A stretch of 64,000 nucleotides of DNA from Octopus vulgaris (GCA_951406725.2 OX597817.1:25544001-25608000); one strand, 5' to 3'. Shown: positions 1 to 12,380, numbered from the stretch's first letter. Translations and numbers: made by a program. Notes: a model not told the origin generated them from the sequence alone.

Positions 1-212
1 TGAAGTACAGGTACAACAGAAACAGGAAGTAAGAGTGAGAGAAAGTTGTGGTGAAAGAGTACAGCAGGAATCACCACCACCCCCTGCCGGAGCCTCGTGG
101 AGCTTTTAGGTGTTTTCGCTCAATAAACACTCACAACGCCCGGTCTGGGAATCGAAACCGCGATCCTATGACCGCGAGTCCGCTGCCCTAACCACTGGGC
201 CATTGCACCTCC
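1..212 (-). mobile_element. tRNA-derived SINE (family C), 3' part runs off the window start
   Basis: Minus strand begins GAGGTGCAATGGCCCAGTGGTTAGGGCAGCGGACTCGCGGTCATAGGATCGCGGTTTCGATTCCC, with an A-box (TGGCCCAGTGG) and B-box (GTTTCGATTCC), followed by a non-tRNA body. Confidence 0.75.
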
Positions 213-1285
213 TCTATAATAGAACATTGAAAGCAACAAATACATTGAAGAATTTCATCAATGACTCAATGAATTTTAAGTAAATTTGAACTGAATGATT
301 CACAAGAAAGCCAAATGCATTTCTGCTGTCTTTGGCCTTGTTTATGAGGCTCGAGAAAGCTGAACTGCTTCTAGAATTCTCGTAAATCCCTGCCGGGATG
401 ACTTATAGCTTTGGTTCCATATATATTGAGTATTTAAAATACTGTATTTATGAAAAAAGCATCGTGCCTATCAACACTATATATACATTGAGTATGATGT
501 ATATGTGACTACATACCTCCTTTTATACATACATACGTACATACACACACACACATATGTATGTATATATATGCATAGGATAAGTAAACAAATATAGTAT
601 AAATAAAAGAAAATTTTTGAGTGCTCAATAAAGATGTAGAGTAACTTATACTTGTTAGGAGTTATAATGTGCACAAATAGTTATTCCGAGTTCCATGATC
701 CTGACCTTTTGACATCAGCAATGAATAAAATTAGAAAAAAGATATACAAGACCGGAGAAGAAGAAAAAAGGTTGGTCATTCCTCTAAAATCCTTATAGAC
801 AATTATGATTTCTGATGTACTTTTGACAAAGCAATACATGCTTTCTCCTATCAAATACTGTCTAAAATTTCTTTCTGTATATATGCTAATACACAGTTAT
901 GATTTCTGATGAACTTATAAACAATTATGAATTTATTTTACTGCCAATGTTGAATACTTTTATGTAAACTGATTAAACACAAAGCTTCTCGTAACATTTT
1001 CTTACCATTGTCAATGACTCTATCACTGTATTTTAATACATCTATGTTAACTAATTTTTAACACCGCAGTGGCTACATGAAGCCTTGCACTTCACTTTTA
1101 AAAATCCTTTTTTTTAAAAAAGTGAAACCGCTCAAGTCAATAATCTTCTTTAAAAGACCTCTGCATTCTTCACTATATATATATATATATATAAAATATT
1201 ATTAGAGACAAAACCACTATTTTGCAAAATAATCCTAAATCTGATTTTTTTCCCTGTAAAGTTGGATTTATTCCCTAATATTTAT

Positions 1286-1327
<42 letters not shown>

Positions 1328-1355
1328 TTACTTGGAAATGGATGCATGCCAGTCA

Positions 1356-1388
<33 letters not shown>

Positions 1389-1394
<6 letters not shown>

Positions 1395-1720
1395 GGATGA
1401 AACTTTTAAAAAAATTTATCAGTAGCCAGCATATTAAAAAATACCTTTAAAGGTTAAATTTATAAACAACTTATAAACAAGGGCAAAGGAAAAAAATTAC
1501 AATGCCAAATATGCCGAAAATAGACTTAAATCGTCAACAACCACATATAATTCATCACTATAAGCATGTGTCCCTAAGCAAGCCGACAGAAATTTCTAAA
1601 AAAGTTCGGGACACGTGCTTATAGTGATGAATTATATGTAGTTATTGATGATTTAAGTCTATTTTCGGCATATTTGGCATTGGAATTTTTTCTTTTGCCC
1701 TCGTTTATAAGTTGTTTATA
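1389..1720. mobile_element. Fold-back element between (TA)n tracts with ~113-bp inverted arms (1461-1574 / 1608-1720); possible Penelope-like pLTR remnant
   Basis: TATAAACAACTTATAAAC...CATGTGTCCC is the near-exact reverse complement of GGGACACGTG...TAAGTTGTTTATA; 33-bp spacer; (TA)n on both sides. Confidence 0.7.
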
Positions 1721-2212
1721 TATATATACCCAAAAGGAAAAAAGTCCTCATTTCCAAAGGTAGTGTATATATAATTTTTTTCTGGATAAATCTTTAAGGG
1801 TTATAGTGTTAATATGGATTATGGGGTTTGAAATTTGAGTACTAAAACAGATATTGAAAAATAAGTATCAAAGTTCAATGAATCTATAGGATATGGTGAA
1901 AGCAAATAATTTACTCAGAGAGTTCTTTAACACATCTATAGCACGCTAGTACTAAAGCCTGTGACATCTATATTTCTTAGTGAACGTCCACGAGAATTAT
2001 TATATGCACGGAACCTATACTTGTCTTTATGTACAGCTGGGAATAATATATATTAACATGTAAAGTATTTATGGAGGAGGATAATTGCATCTGAAATTAA
2101 TGTATCATAACATAAGTAAATACATAATATATAATGAATAATAGATACAAGCAGTTCCATGGCATAATATATTACTATCATCATCATTATCATCATCATC
2201 AGCGGCAGCAGC

Positions 2213-2243
<31 letters not shown>

Positions 2244-2444
2244 TACCATCTTGCATTTTCATGTAGTTTACCATTCAAATCTTCATCCATTTCATTATGC
2301 AAAGTGCTTATGTCATGCATGTGCACTAGGTTTCTAAACATACTTGCGAGCTGTGCAAACATGCTGTTTAACTAAGATGGTATACGTACTTCTGTAGTGT
2401 TTCCATAATCGTACACATATTAAATTGTAAATATATTAGTATAT

Positions 2445-2828
2445 TACTCTTTTACTTGTTTCAGTCATTTGACTGCGGCCATGCTGGAGCACCGCCTTTA
2501 GTCGAGCAACTCGACCTCGGGACTTATTCTTTTTGTAAGCCCAGTACTTATTCTATCGGTCTCTTTTTGCCGAACCGCTAAGTGACGGGGACGTAAACAC
2601 ACCAGCATCGGTTGTCAAGCAATGCTAAGGGGACAAACACAGACACACAAACACACACACATACATATATATATATATACATATATACGACAGGCTTCTT
2701 TCAGTTTCCGTCTACCAAATTCACTCACAAGGCATTGGTCGGCCCGGGGCTATAGCAGAAGACACTTGCCCAAGATGCCACGCAGTGGGACTGAACCCGG
2801 AACCATGTGGTTGGTTAGCAAGCTACTT
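2445..2828 (-). mobile_element. SINE family A (tRNA head, CORE-like motif), 3' part of the copy split by the Tx1 LINE
   Basis: Matches the ~400-bp repeat present about 20 times in the window; has CTTGGGCAAGT (CORE-like), a central (TA)/(TG) tract and an AAAAGAGT tail; head continues at 8538-8577. Confidence 0.9.
2813..2828. repeat. Left target-site duplication of the LINE (GGTTAGCAAGCTACTT)
   Basis: Identical 16-mer at 8538-8553; removing 2829-8553 restores the SINE consensus ...TTGGTTAGCAAGCTACTTACCACACAGCC... Confidence 0.95.
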
Positions 2829-3038
2829 TATTTCATGAAAGATTCGCCATTAAGGCGTTACATAGAGGGGACATACAATTACAGACAAACATATAGGGTG
2901 TAGTAGCTTAAAACGTTGGTGATTACAATAAAATATATATAATATTTACAATATAAAGTTTTTAAAATTAGGTATTATACAGTAGGGCACGGATCCCAGC
3001 CATCTGGGTAGAACCTTTACTTCTTGATCCGGCCACAC

Positions 3039-6000
3039 TTACCTGGTGCCAGATATACGCAGCTTGCATGCTACAGACTTCCATCTTTTCGCAAACATGT
3101 CTCGTGACAGACACCTCTTCTCCAGCCTGATCTTACTACCGAGGTGGTAACTGAAAAAGTTAACCAACCCCTGGCCGGATACAAAGGTCCCTGTCACTAT
3201 ACCTTTCGTACGCGTCTTCCATACTGTTTCTTTCAGTATGGCTACTACGCAGGAAAAACAAGCCTTCCTTTCCCTGCTGAGGAAAGGAGGTGGCACAATC
3301 TCAATGATAGACTCCGCTGATAGCTGTACTCTTCCATTCACTGACAACAGTTGTTCGGCGAAAGCAATCAGTCCCGATAACTCCGGACACTCCACGAATG
3401 CGTGCAAGACGGTTTCCCTATCCTGCTCACATCGCGGACATGTCGGCGAGACGGCACTTCCGTGCCTTGACAGCTTGTCGCGAACAGGTAACGCCGCACG
3501 GAAACACTGCCAGGCCAGGGATTTCTGGTAATTATCCAGGTACCCCGGCCCGAACGTTCTCCGGAACAGGTTGGTCAACTGATTTTCATCGTAGCCCAGG
3601 GTCTCCCCCAAGGCGTCTTCGGACTTAAACTCCACTAACCCGCTATAGAAATCCGCGGTGGAACTCCTGTTGCCGGCATTGCCCGCCCGAGAGAGTAGTT
3701 GAAGTGCCTGACGGCACTCCAATTGCCAGTCCCCCAGCCTAGGTCTCTGCTTGATCCAATTACCAATGTCCGTTAAGGACGTTAATCGCGGAAAGTAGAA
3801 CCGAACGTGCGGTGACCACACCTGTTCTCCATCCAAGTAAAGCCAGAGGTGCCTCAACCTTAACGCGACCTTTCGCATCTTCAGCCAAGGCATCCCTAGC
3901 CCACCCTTTAGCGGTTTCTGGCAGCAGACAGAGCGCTTTACAAGTGGCTTCCCTCCTTTCCACAAAAAGTGGAAAAGGATTCTCTCCAACTTGTTCAGCC
4001 ACAAATCGGGGCAAGGCACCACGGTCAGGCGGTAGGTGACTACTGATGCTATGAACATCTGCACCACCTCCGCCCTCCCTAGCAAGGATAACGCCCGTCC
4101 AGACCAGGTCTGGGTTAGAGCGGTCACCTTGCCGGCTACCTCACTCCAATTTTTCTCTATCTGGAGGTCTGGCCCGAACCAGACTCCGAGCAGCTTAACA
4201 GGACCTTCCGTCCAACGCCCCACTACGTTATTGGACGGTATCAGCTTGCCCCTCCAGGTGCCGAGTTGCAAACCGACCGACTTGTCCTTGTTCACCTTTG
4301 CTCCTGCCACCGCCTCGTAGCTTTTGATGGCCTCTTCCACCACTGGAAGCTGGTCCTCAACTGCCACGATGATTGAGATGTCATCCGCGTACACCGTAGC
4401 TCCTCTTCCACACCATAGATCATGCGGTGCGCCCCCTATTGCCTCCAACTTCCGTAGCAAAGGCTCAAGAGCCAACACATATAGAAGCGGGGACAGGGGA
4501 CACCCCTGACGGACTGAACGCTCGATCCTGAACGGCTTCGAAAGAGAGCCGTTCACCTTGACCACAGACTCGATGTCGCTATACAAAGCAGCGATCCAAC
4601 CTCGAAAGATCGGGCCCAGGCCAGCCTCCCCGAGGACCGCCGCCAAGTACCGATGGTCGACCCTATCAAATGCCTTAGACTGGTCTAAATGTACCAGTGC
4701 CCCTCCTGCGCCAGAAAGCTTCCCGACCCGCTCTAAGGAATAGCGTATAAGGTGGAGATTGTCGTGTATCGTCCTGCCCGGGATAGCGCACGTTTGCGCT
4801 TCTCCGACAAGTTTATCCACGACCCGCGCCAACCTTTTCGCCAGCACCTTTGCCAAAATCTTTAACTCTGTGTTCAGCAGAGTTATGGGCCTGAAGTTGC
4901 CTATCTCGTCCCCCTTGCTCGGGTCCTTCCTGATTAACGTCACCACACCCCGGCTCGCAGACTTGGGAATTTTCCCATTCTGCTGCCAGTTGGTGAAGAC
5001 GCCAGCCAGCAGGTGTCCGAACAAGTCTGGCATACTTTTAAAAAACTCATAGGGCAGACCATCGAGACCCGGCGACTTCTCCCCGGGGCACTCGCCCAAC
5101 GCCTCGATTACTTCCTCGGTTGTGATTGGCCCCTCACAGCACTCAGCCTCTCGTGCCGAGAGACGCGGGCCACCAGACAGGAAGTCCCTAAGGGCCTCAC
5201 CATGATCCAGCGTCCCGCACCTCCCGAACAACTCGGCGAAGTGCTTGTAAAGTGCCTCACACATCTCGTCCCGCTCCTTCACCGTGCATCCGTTTCCGTC
5301 AACAAGAGACCTAATTGTGGAATTGTTGCCACGCTGGGTTTCTACCGTACGGGCCCATCCAGCAACATTAATTCCCTCGCGGCCCAATGTTCGTACTTTA
5401 GCCCGGATTCTACACCCCTCATGTTTGGTTTTGAGGTGACGGTCTAATGCCGTTCTCACCGCCAAAATGTGAGATGCAGAGCCCAACCTCAACGCCTCCT
5501 CTAACTTCTTTGCAAATTACTCTTCTATTCTAGCCCTATCTAGTCTTAGTTGCTTACTAAACCTAATGGACTCGAATCGAATGGCTCTTTTCAGGGCGAA
5601 CCACCACCGGTTGTTAACCACTCCTCCGGTTAACGCCCTCTGCACTAACTCCTTAATCCGACTGCGGTATGCCTCACAAGTCAAAATAGACTTGTTTAGC
5701 TTCCAGTAGCCGTTTCCTATCTTTAGTGTGCTATCTATGTCCAGTCTACACTTGACCATTCTATGGTCCGTATAGGGTACCTGGACAAGCTGTGGACAAC
5801 TAAAACTAGATTTATCTCTAGTTCTTATCACTATCCTGTCTAGATAAGACTTGAACCTTCCGTCGCCACTCATCCAGGTCCACTCTGGGACGTTCGGATG
5901 GTCAAGTCTGTAACGATCTGCCAGCTGAAACCGCTTAAGCAGGTCCACGAGACGTGAGTTCACTTTCCTATGGATCGAGCCAACACTATCGATGTGTACG

Positions 6001-6440
6001 TCAACGATAGCATTAAAGTCTCCTAATACTACTAAAGTCTTCGACGTCACGAGAAAGTTCTCTAGGCGCCGATAAAAATCAGTTTGGAAGCCTCTAGCAC
6101 AAGGTGCATAGAGTCCGATCAACCTGAAGGCCTTACTGCTGTGTGTCACATCAAGGACGACCAGCCCACCTTCAGGGTCCACATAGACTGTACTTGTCTG
6201 CAGAGCCAAGCTTTTACGGATCAGTACCACTACGCCCCCTCGTCCTCCGGTCTGACCGGGAGACATGATTTTCTCGTAGTCATTCAGGAGAGGCGAGAAG
6301 GCTTGTAGACCGTCCAGCTTGGTCTCTGTAGCAACCATCACATGCATATCATGTGATCTGAGATCGTCGAGGAAACACGCCTGCTTCCACTTCGAACTCA
6401 AACCACGCACATTCAAACAACCAAGGTTAAGAGATGCCAT
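3039..6440 (-). pseudogene. LINE ORF2 (APE endonuclease + reverse transcriptase + zf-RVT), ~1133 codons, with one in-frame TAA at 5517-5519
   Basis: APE motifs LNVRGL, ETK, GDFN, YLDRI, TDH; RT motifs KSPGLDG, NFRPITLLN, DQSKAFDRV, VRQGCPLSP, YADD; CPRC..ETVLH..VEC. The track ORFs 5517-6440 and 3039-5492 share a frame and join as ...RARIEE*FAKKLEEALRLGSA... Confidence 0.93.
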
Positions 6441-6705
6441 TACAAAAAGTAAAGGTTCTACTTACATTTCTTTGAAGATGTGGGGCATGACCTCACCACA
6501 CGTGGATCCGTCCCCTTCTTCTCCTCTCTCTCTTCGCGTAATTCGGTAAATCCGCGATCTTCCATATGGCCTTCTGGTTCCTGTCCTTTAGTTCCCGGTA
6601 TAGGGGTTCTTCTATCATTGCACTCATGGTGTTGGATGTTCAGTGTAGTATTTTTGTGTTTTACAGTCTCGTCATTTGTATACGTGTCTGTCGTATCGTG
6701 TTCTA

Positions 6706-7872
6706 TTAACATAGCATTTTTGTTTTCTTCCGGGACAGATGGGCAGGGTTTCTTTTTTGTTGTCTGTGGTGCGTTTTTTCTGTTTTGTGTGGGGGATATG
6801 GTCTACGGGAACGTTTCTTTCCCACTGGTGTGAATCCACCCTCTGAAACCTCCATGGTGTTATCTGAGGGGCTGGTGGCAGTTTCTTTCGGCGCAGTGTT
6901 TTCCGTTGGTGCCGGGTCTTCCGAGGGGGTTGGGTCATTTTGTTTATGTAGGGACTTGTGCGTGCCGGGGCTGGGTTTTTCTGTGCTTTGTTTGGGGACT
7001 AGCACCTCAACAACGGGGGTGGGAGTTTTTGTGTTTGTGGGGGCTGGTGTGTTTGCGGGGGCGGGGTTTTTTTGGTTATTTGAGGGGCCTGGTGTTTGCA
7101 ACAACTTTTTTTTTTCTTCACAGTCAGCTCGAATGTGGCCCTTTTTTCCGCAATGGTAACAAGTGGGCTTACGGCCTTCCACATGTACCCTAAGAGCCAC
7201 ATTCTCCCCAACGAGTACTCTCTCTGGTAGGGCCTTAATGTCCTCCTGTTTTCCTTGTATTAAAACCGTTATGTTCCGCCCTAACCACAGCCGTTGGGCG
7301 GAACATGTGGTCTGTAATATGTTTATCCGGTCCGTCCTATTAAACAACAGGCCGGCCACCACCTCTTTCGGGTCTACTTTGGGTGGGATTTCATTAATCC
7401 TTACACGGGATGTTCGTCGCCCCATGTACGTTGGAAAAAGTACCACTTCCTTGGTCTTCAGGGGGGACACGGAGTGCCCGCGAGCCACCTTTTCCTCTGC
7501 GAATTGAACCTCAACGGATCCGTATGCCCGTCCCCTCGAGATATACACTATATCCTTCCATATCGGAGCTAGGCATATTTCTATAGTTTCCTTCCCGAAG
7601 TGCTTAAACCTTTTGTCTTGTGGGCAGAAGGTTTTAAACACCACGGTCCTCTTTTCCGTTTCTAGCACGGTGGAGGAGGGCGATATCACAACATCACCTC
7701 CCTCCTCCTTCATTCTTTTAAAATATCTCTGCAGCATGTCTGCAGAGATATCTATATTTTCGGTTGCTACTTCTGCAACTGCCGAAAACTTTTTAACAGC
7801 GTTGGCGCAATTGCCAACATCAACATTGCTCTCTTCAAGAGTAGATTTCTCATGTATTATTTCAACCGACAT
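6706..7872 (-). CDS. LINE ORF1 gag-like nucleic-acid-binding protein with CX2CX4HX4C zinc knuckle (C-terminus possibly frameshifted)
   Basis: First ATG at 7872 in ACCATG context (the track start at 7899 is TTG); CYHCGKKGHIRADC knuckle; RRM-like segment; P/T-rich tail and GFTPVGKKRSRR basic motif typical of Tx1 ORF1. Confidence 0.85.
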   Translation of the reverse strand: MSVEIIHEKSTLEESNVDVGNCANAVKKFSAVAEVATENIDISADMLQRYFKRMKEEGGDVVISPSSTVLETEKRTVVFKTFCPQDKRFKHFGKETIEICLAPIWKDIVYISRGRAYGSVEVQFAEEKVARGHSVSPLKTKEVVLFPTYMGRRTSRVRINEIPPKVDPKEVVAGLLFNRTDRINILQTTCSAQRLWLGRNITVLIQGKQEDIKALPERVLVGENVALRVHVEGRKPTCYHCGKKGHIRADCEEKKKLLQTPGPSNNQKNPAPANTPAPTNTKTPTPVVEVLVPKQSTEKPSPGTHKSLHKQNDPTPSEDPAPTENTAPKETATSPSDNTMEVSEGGFTPVGKKRSRRPYPPHKTEKTHHRQQKRNPAHLSRKKTKMLC

Positions 7873-8537
7873 GGTTGAAAAGTAATTGGTTTCCCACAAA
7901 ACTGGGAGACCTTTCGAAAAAAAGAAATTATCCTCTCACAGAGGACAAAAGTAATTAATTTTTTTTTTTTTTTTTTTTTTTTTAATGTTCGCAGTCCCAC
8001 GTTCAAATCCCACCCCCGCTGGGGGGTGAGACGTAGCAACAAAGTCTACGACGATTTGAAATTAATATTTCCACCAAAGCGAAATCCCCAAAAAGGGAAA
8101 CCTATATTTTTTCCAAAACACGACGACGACAGTTCAAATCTCGCCCGTGCTACGGGCGGATGTCACAATAGAGCCTACAATGGCTAAAGTTTAATTTTTT
8201 CACAACAGTTTGCTATCCCAAAAACGGAAAGCCTATAATATTTTTTTTTTTTTTTCTTCTTAATAAGGATAACAGTTCAAATGCCACCCCCGCCGGGGGG
8301 GGAGGGCACGACAATAAAGCCTACAACGGCTTTAACAAGTTCAACAATATTAATAAATTCAATATTAATCACTTCAGTCTTACAACAATTACTTTTTCCC
8401 GTCACCGGGAAAAAAGTACAAAAATTCACAGAGTTCACAAAAATATTCAACAACAAACGTTGAACAGCAGAAAAATTATCCACGTGCGATAACACGTGTG
8501 ACTCACCGCCAAAAAAAACACGTCCGACTTCGACGAA
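7873..8537 (-). promoter_or_regulatory. LINE 5' UTR with three diverged ~130-143-bp monomers (putative internal promoter)
   Basis: GTTCAAAT plus a GC hairpin plus an AAGCCTACAA-like motif recur at 8001, 8132 and 8275, separated by T-runs. Confidence 0.6.
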
Positions 8538-8577
8538 GGTTAGCAAGCTACTTACCACACAGCCACTCCTGCGCCTA
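8538..8577 (-). mobile_element. 5' head of the split family-A SINE (right TSD 8538-8553 plus A-box)
   Basis: Minus strand TAGGCGCAGGAGTGGCTGTGTGGTAAGTAGCTTGCTAACC matches the family-A head. Confidence 0.93.
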
Positions 8578-9059
8578 TATTGTTTTCTTTTGTAGTTTCC
8601 TTTCATCAGTCTCCCATGTATTTATCCAGGCATTTGGGCAGGAACCTCGTTTTTATTCTCTAGCATTTGTGCTTGTTGAGAGACTTGTATTCTATAATAA
8701 TTTTCCCAGATAATTACACAGAGATTACATAAAGTAAAATAAAATAGAATGAGATCAAATGAGAGGGATACAGACTGTTGTAAAGGGTTAAATGTGGTTA
8801 TACTACACTGTTTCTTTGATTAATTTAAAGGACACTCCAACAGGGATGCAAAAACACTGCAAAGGCACTTCAAATATTCCTTGTGGCATCAAATACCTAA
8901 ACATGATTGCTACCACTTCTGTGATTGCAAGGGAGCATACAAATGGAATGCCATAGAGGATTATGTTTAAAATGTCTCTAAAATGCAATGGCCACTATGT
9001 ATTCTGTGAGGCATACTTAGTACTTTCAGCTGTTCTTCACAAAACCAGTGTGTGAAATG

Positions 9060-10818
<1,759 letters not shown>

Positions 10819-10820
<2 letters not shown>

Positions 10821-11020
10821 CCTCATGTGTACCGTTGGCGATTTTTTTCCCTCTGTCTTCCCTTCTCTGGATTTTTCCTTCTCCTATGTTTTCGACGAAG
10901 AGCTCCGCTCAAAACGATGAACCCTCCTTCTTTCCTCCTTTCCTGAGCGTCCAATAATACTATATTTGTTCCACGTCCTCGCGTTGTTGTGTTTTTTTTT
11001 GTCCTTTCTTGTTTGGATTA

Positions 11021-11026
<6 letters not shown>
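10819..11026 (+). mobile_element. Penelope-like pLTR fragment with degenerate minimal hammerhead; second copy at 48903-49108
   Basis: The two copies are highly similar and both end at (TA)n; hammerhead-like consensus GTTT-CTGACGA-A-GAGCTCCGCTC-GAAACG-TT-AAAC. Confidence 0.6.
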
Positions 11027-11080
<54 letters not shown>

Positions 11081-12169
11081 CACATATTCATATAGATGTG
11101 TGTTGTGTGTATTTGTATATGTGCATTTTTTTCCTTTTTAATGAGTTCAAGCCATTGTAAATCTGACCATTAATATTATGACTGAATTCAAAGTTCACTA
11201 TAATAAATGTGCTATGTTCCTGGCCAAAGAATATAACTGCACTGGTCATGGTATGACTGACATCATTCAACTGTTAGATACACTGCAGGAAAATGATCTA
11301 TAAAAACTCCTTGCACTGACAGTTAGCCAACAATGGAGGCTCTGGGTGGCTGCCCTCTCTGCAAGAAAAACCAGTTTAATGTCTCTCAAATTGTCCTCCG
11401 AAATATTTATAAAAGAAAGGACTCATTGGATAATGTTTTGATTCCATTGTTTGAAATAGAATGGGATGGTCATAGTTTGATCATATCTAACATGGAACAA
11501 AATACCAACACTAGCTCTAAAAGATATTTAACAGGGGAAATACAGTAGATGTTAAACAAAATAACCTGTTCACTCAAAGACACACACACACGTAATATAG
11601 AAAACAGAAGGTGTAAAGGAATTTAGAGAAGTAATCAAAAATTCTATCCATACACTCTCTATATAATTGGATGTTCATATTGATTAGTTTATAAATTGGA
11701 TGCACTGAATAAAGGCTGGAGTGATGTTTGGGGTGTGAGGTCATATGATATGGAATACAAGAGTTATTAGCAATTCACATTAGCTTTTAGTCAGTTATTG
11801 ATCACAACTAACTAGTACAGATTGGAAATTAATGGAATATACCATTTGTAATGTAATAAAAGATTCTAAAATGAATAAGAAATCTTTATTAAAAAGAAAT
11901 AATAATACTAATCAATATACCATTGTAAATTTATTGATTCTATATGCATATACAAAGTCTTAAATATCTAGAAAAAAACAATGTGTTGTGATCTTCATGC
12001 ATTTTTGAAATAAGTAATTGTGAATAAATAAATGCAAATGAAATGAGAAGCAAAAGCAGAAAGTCTTTGTTTGCTTTGACATTCCAGAAATTTGTTTCCA
12101 TGACAACCCCACCATCACAACCATAATTAAATTTATTAGAATAAAACATAGTAGATGTTATTATTATTC

Positions 12170-12380
12170 TTTTCTACTCTAGGCACAAGGCCTGAAATTT
12201 TTGGAGAGGGAGTCAGTTAATTAGATCGACCCCAGTATGCAATCGGTACTTAATTTATCAAACCTGAAAGAATGAAAAGCAAAGTCGACATCAGCAGAAG
12301 TTGAACTCAGAACTTAAAGACAGGCGAATACCGCTAAGCATTTCACACAACATGCTAACGTTTCTGCAAGCTCGCTGCTT
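12170..12380 (-). mobile_element. SINE family B (tRNA head plus Meta-domain-like core)
   Basis: Contains a diverged reverse complement of the TTTGCCTTTCATCCTTTCGGGGTCGATAAATTAAGTACC core shared with other copies. Confidence 0.7.

Larger units (their letters stand above)
2829..8537 (-). mobile_element. Full-length non-LTR retrotransposon, Tx1/L1 clade (5.7 kb)
   Basis: 5' UTR with tandem monomers, ORF1 with CCHC knuckle, ORF2 APE+RT+C-terminal CCHC, 210-nt 3' UTR ending ...GAAATAAA at the junction, 16-bp TSD, GC content well above the flanks. Confidence 0.93.

Noticed and set aside
140-212. Possible functional tRNA genes (also 45165-45240 and the SINE heads)
   Set aside because: Acceptor stems are not properly paired and each runs into a SINE body
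2622-2903. Recurrent ORFs such as ..RQASFSFRLPNPLTR.. and ..YDGLLSVSVYQIHSQG.. found many times
   Set aside because: Antisense translations of SINE family A, not a gene family
3238-7885. Plus-strand ORFs overlapping the LINE
   Set aside because: Shadow ORFs of the GC-rich antisense strand with no recognisable motifs
8803-8988. 61-aa ORF as a possible host exon; likewise 63094-63354 and 39665-40102
   Set aside because: No recognisable domain or supportable splice structure; small host exons cannot be excluded without RNA-seq
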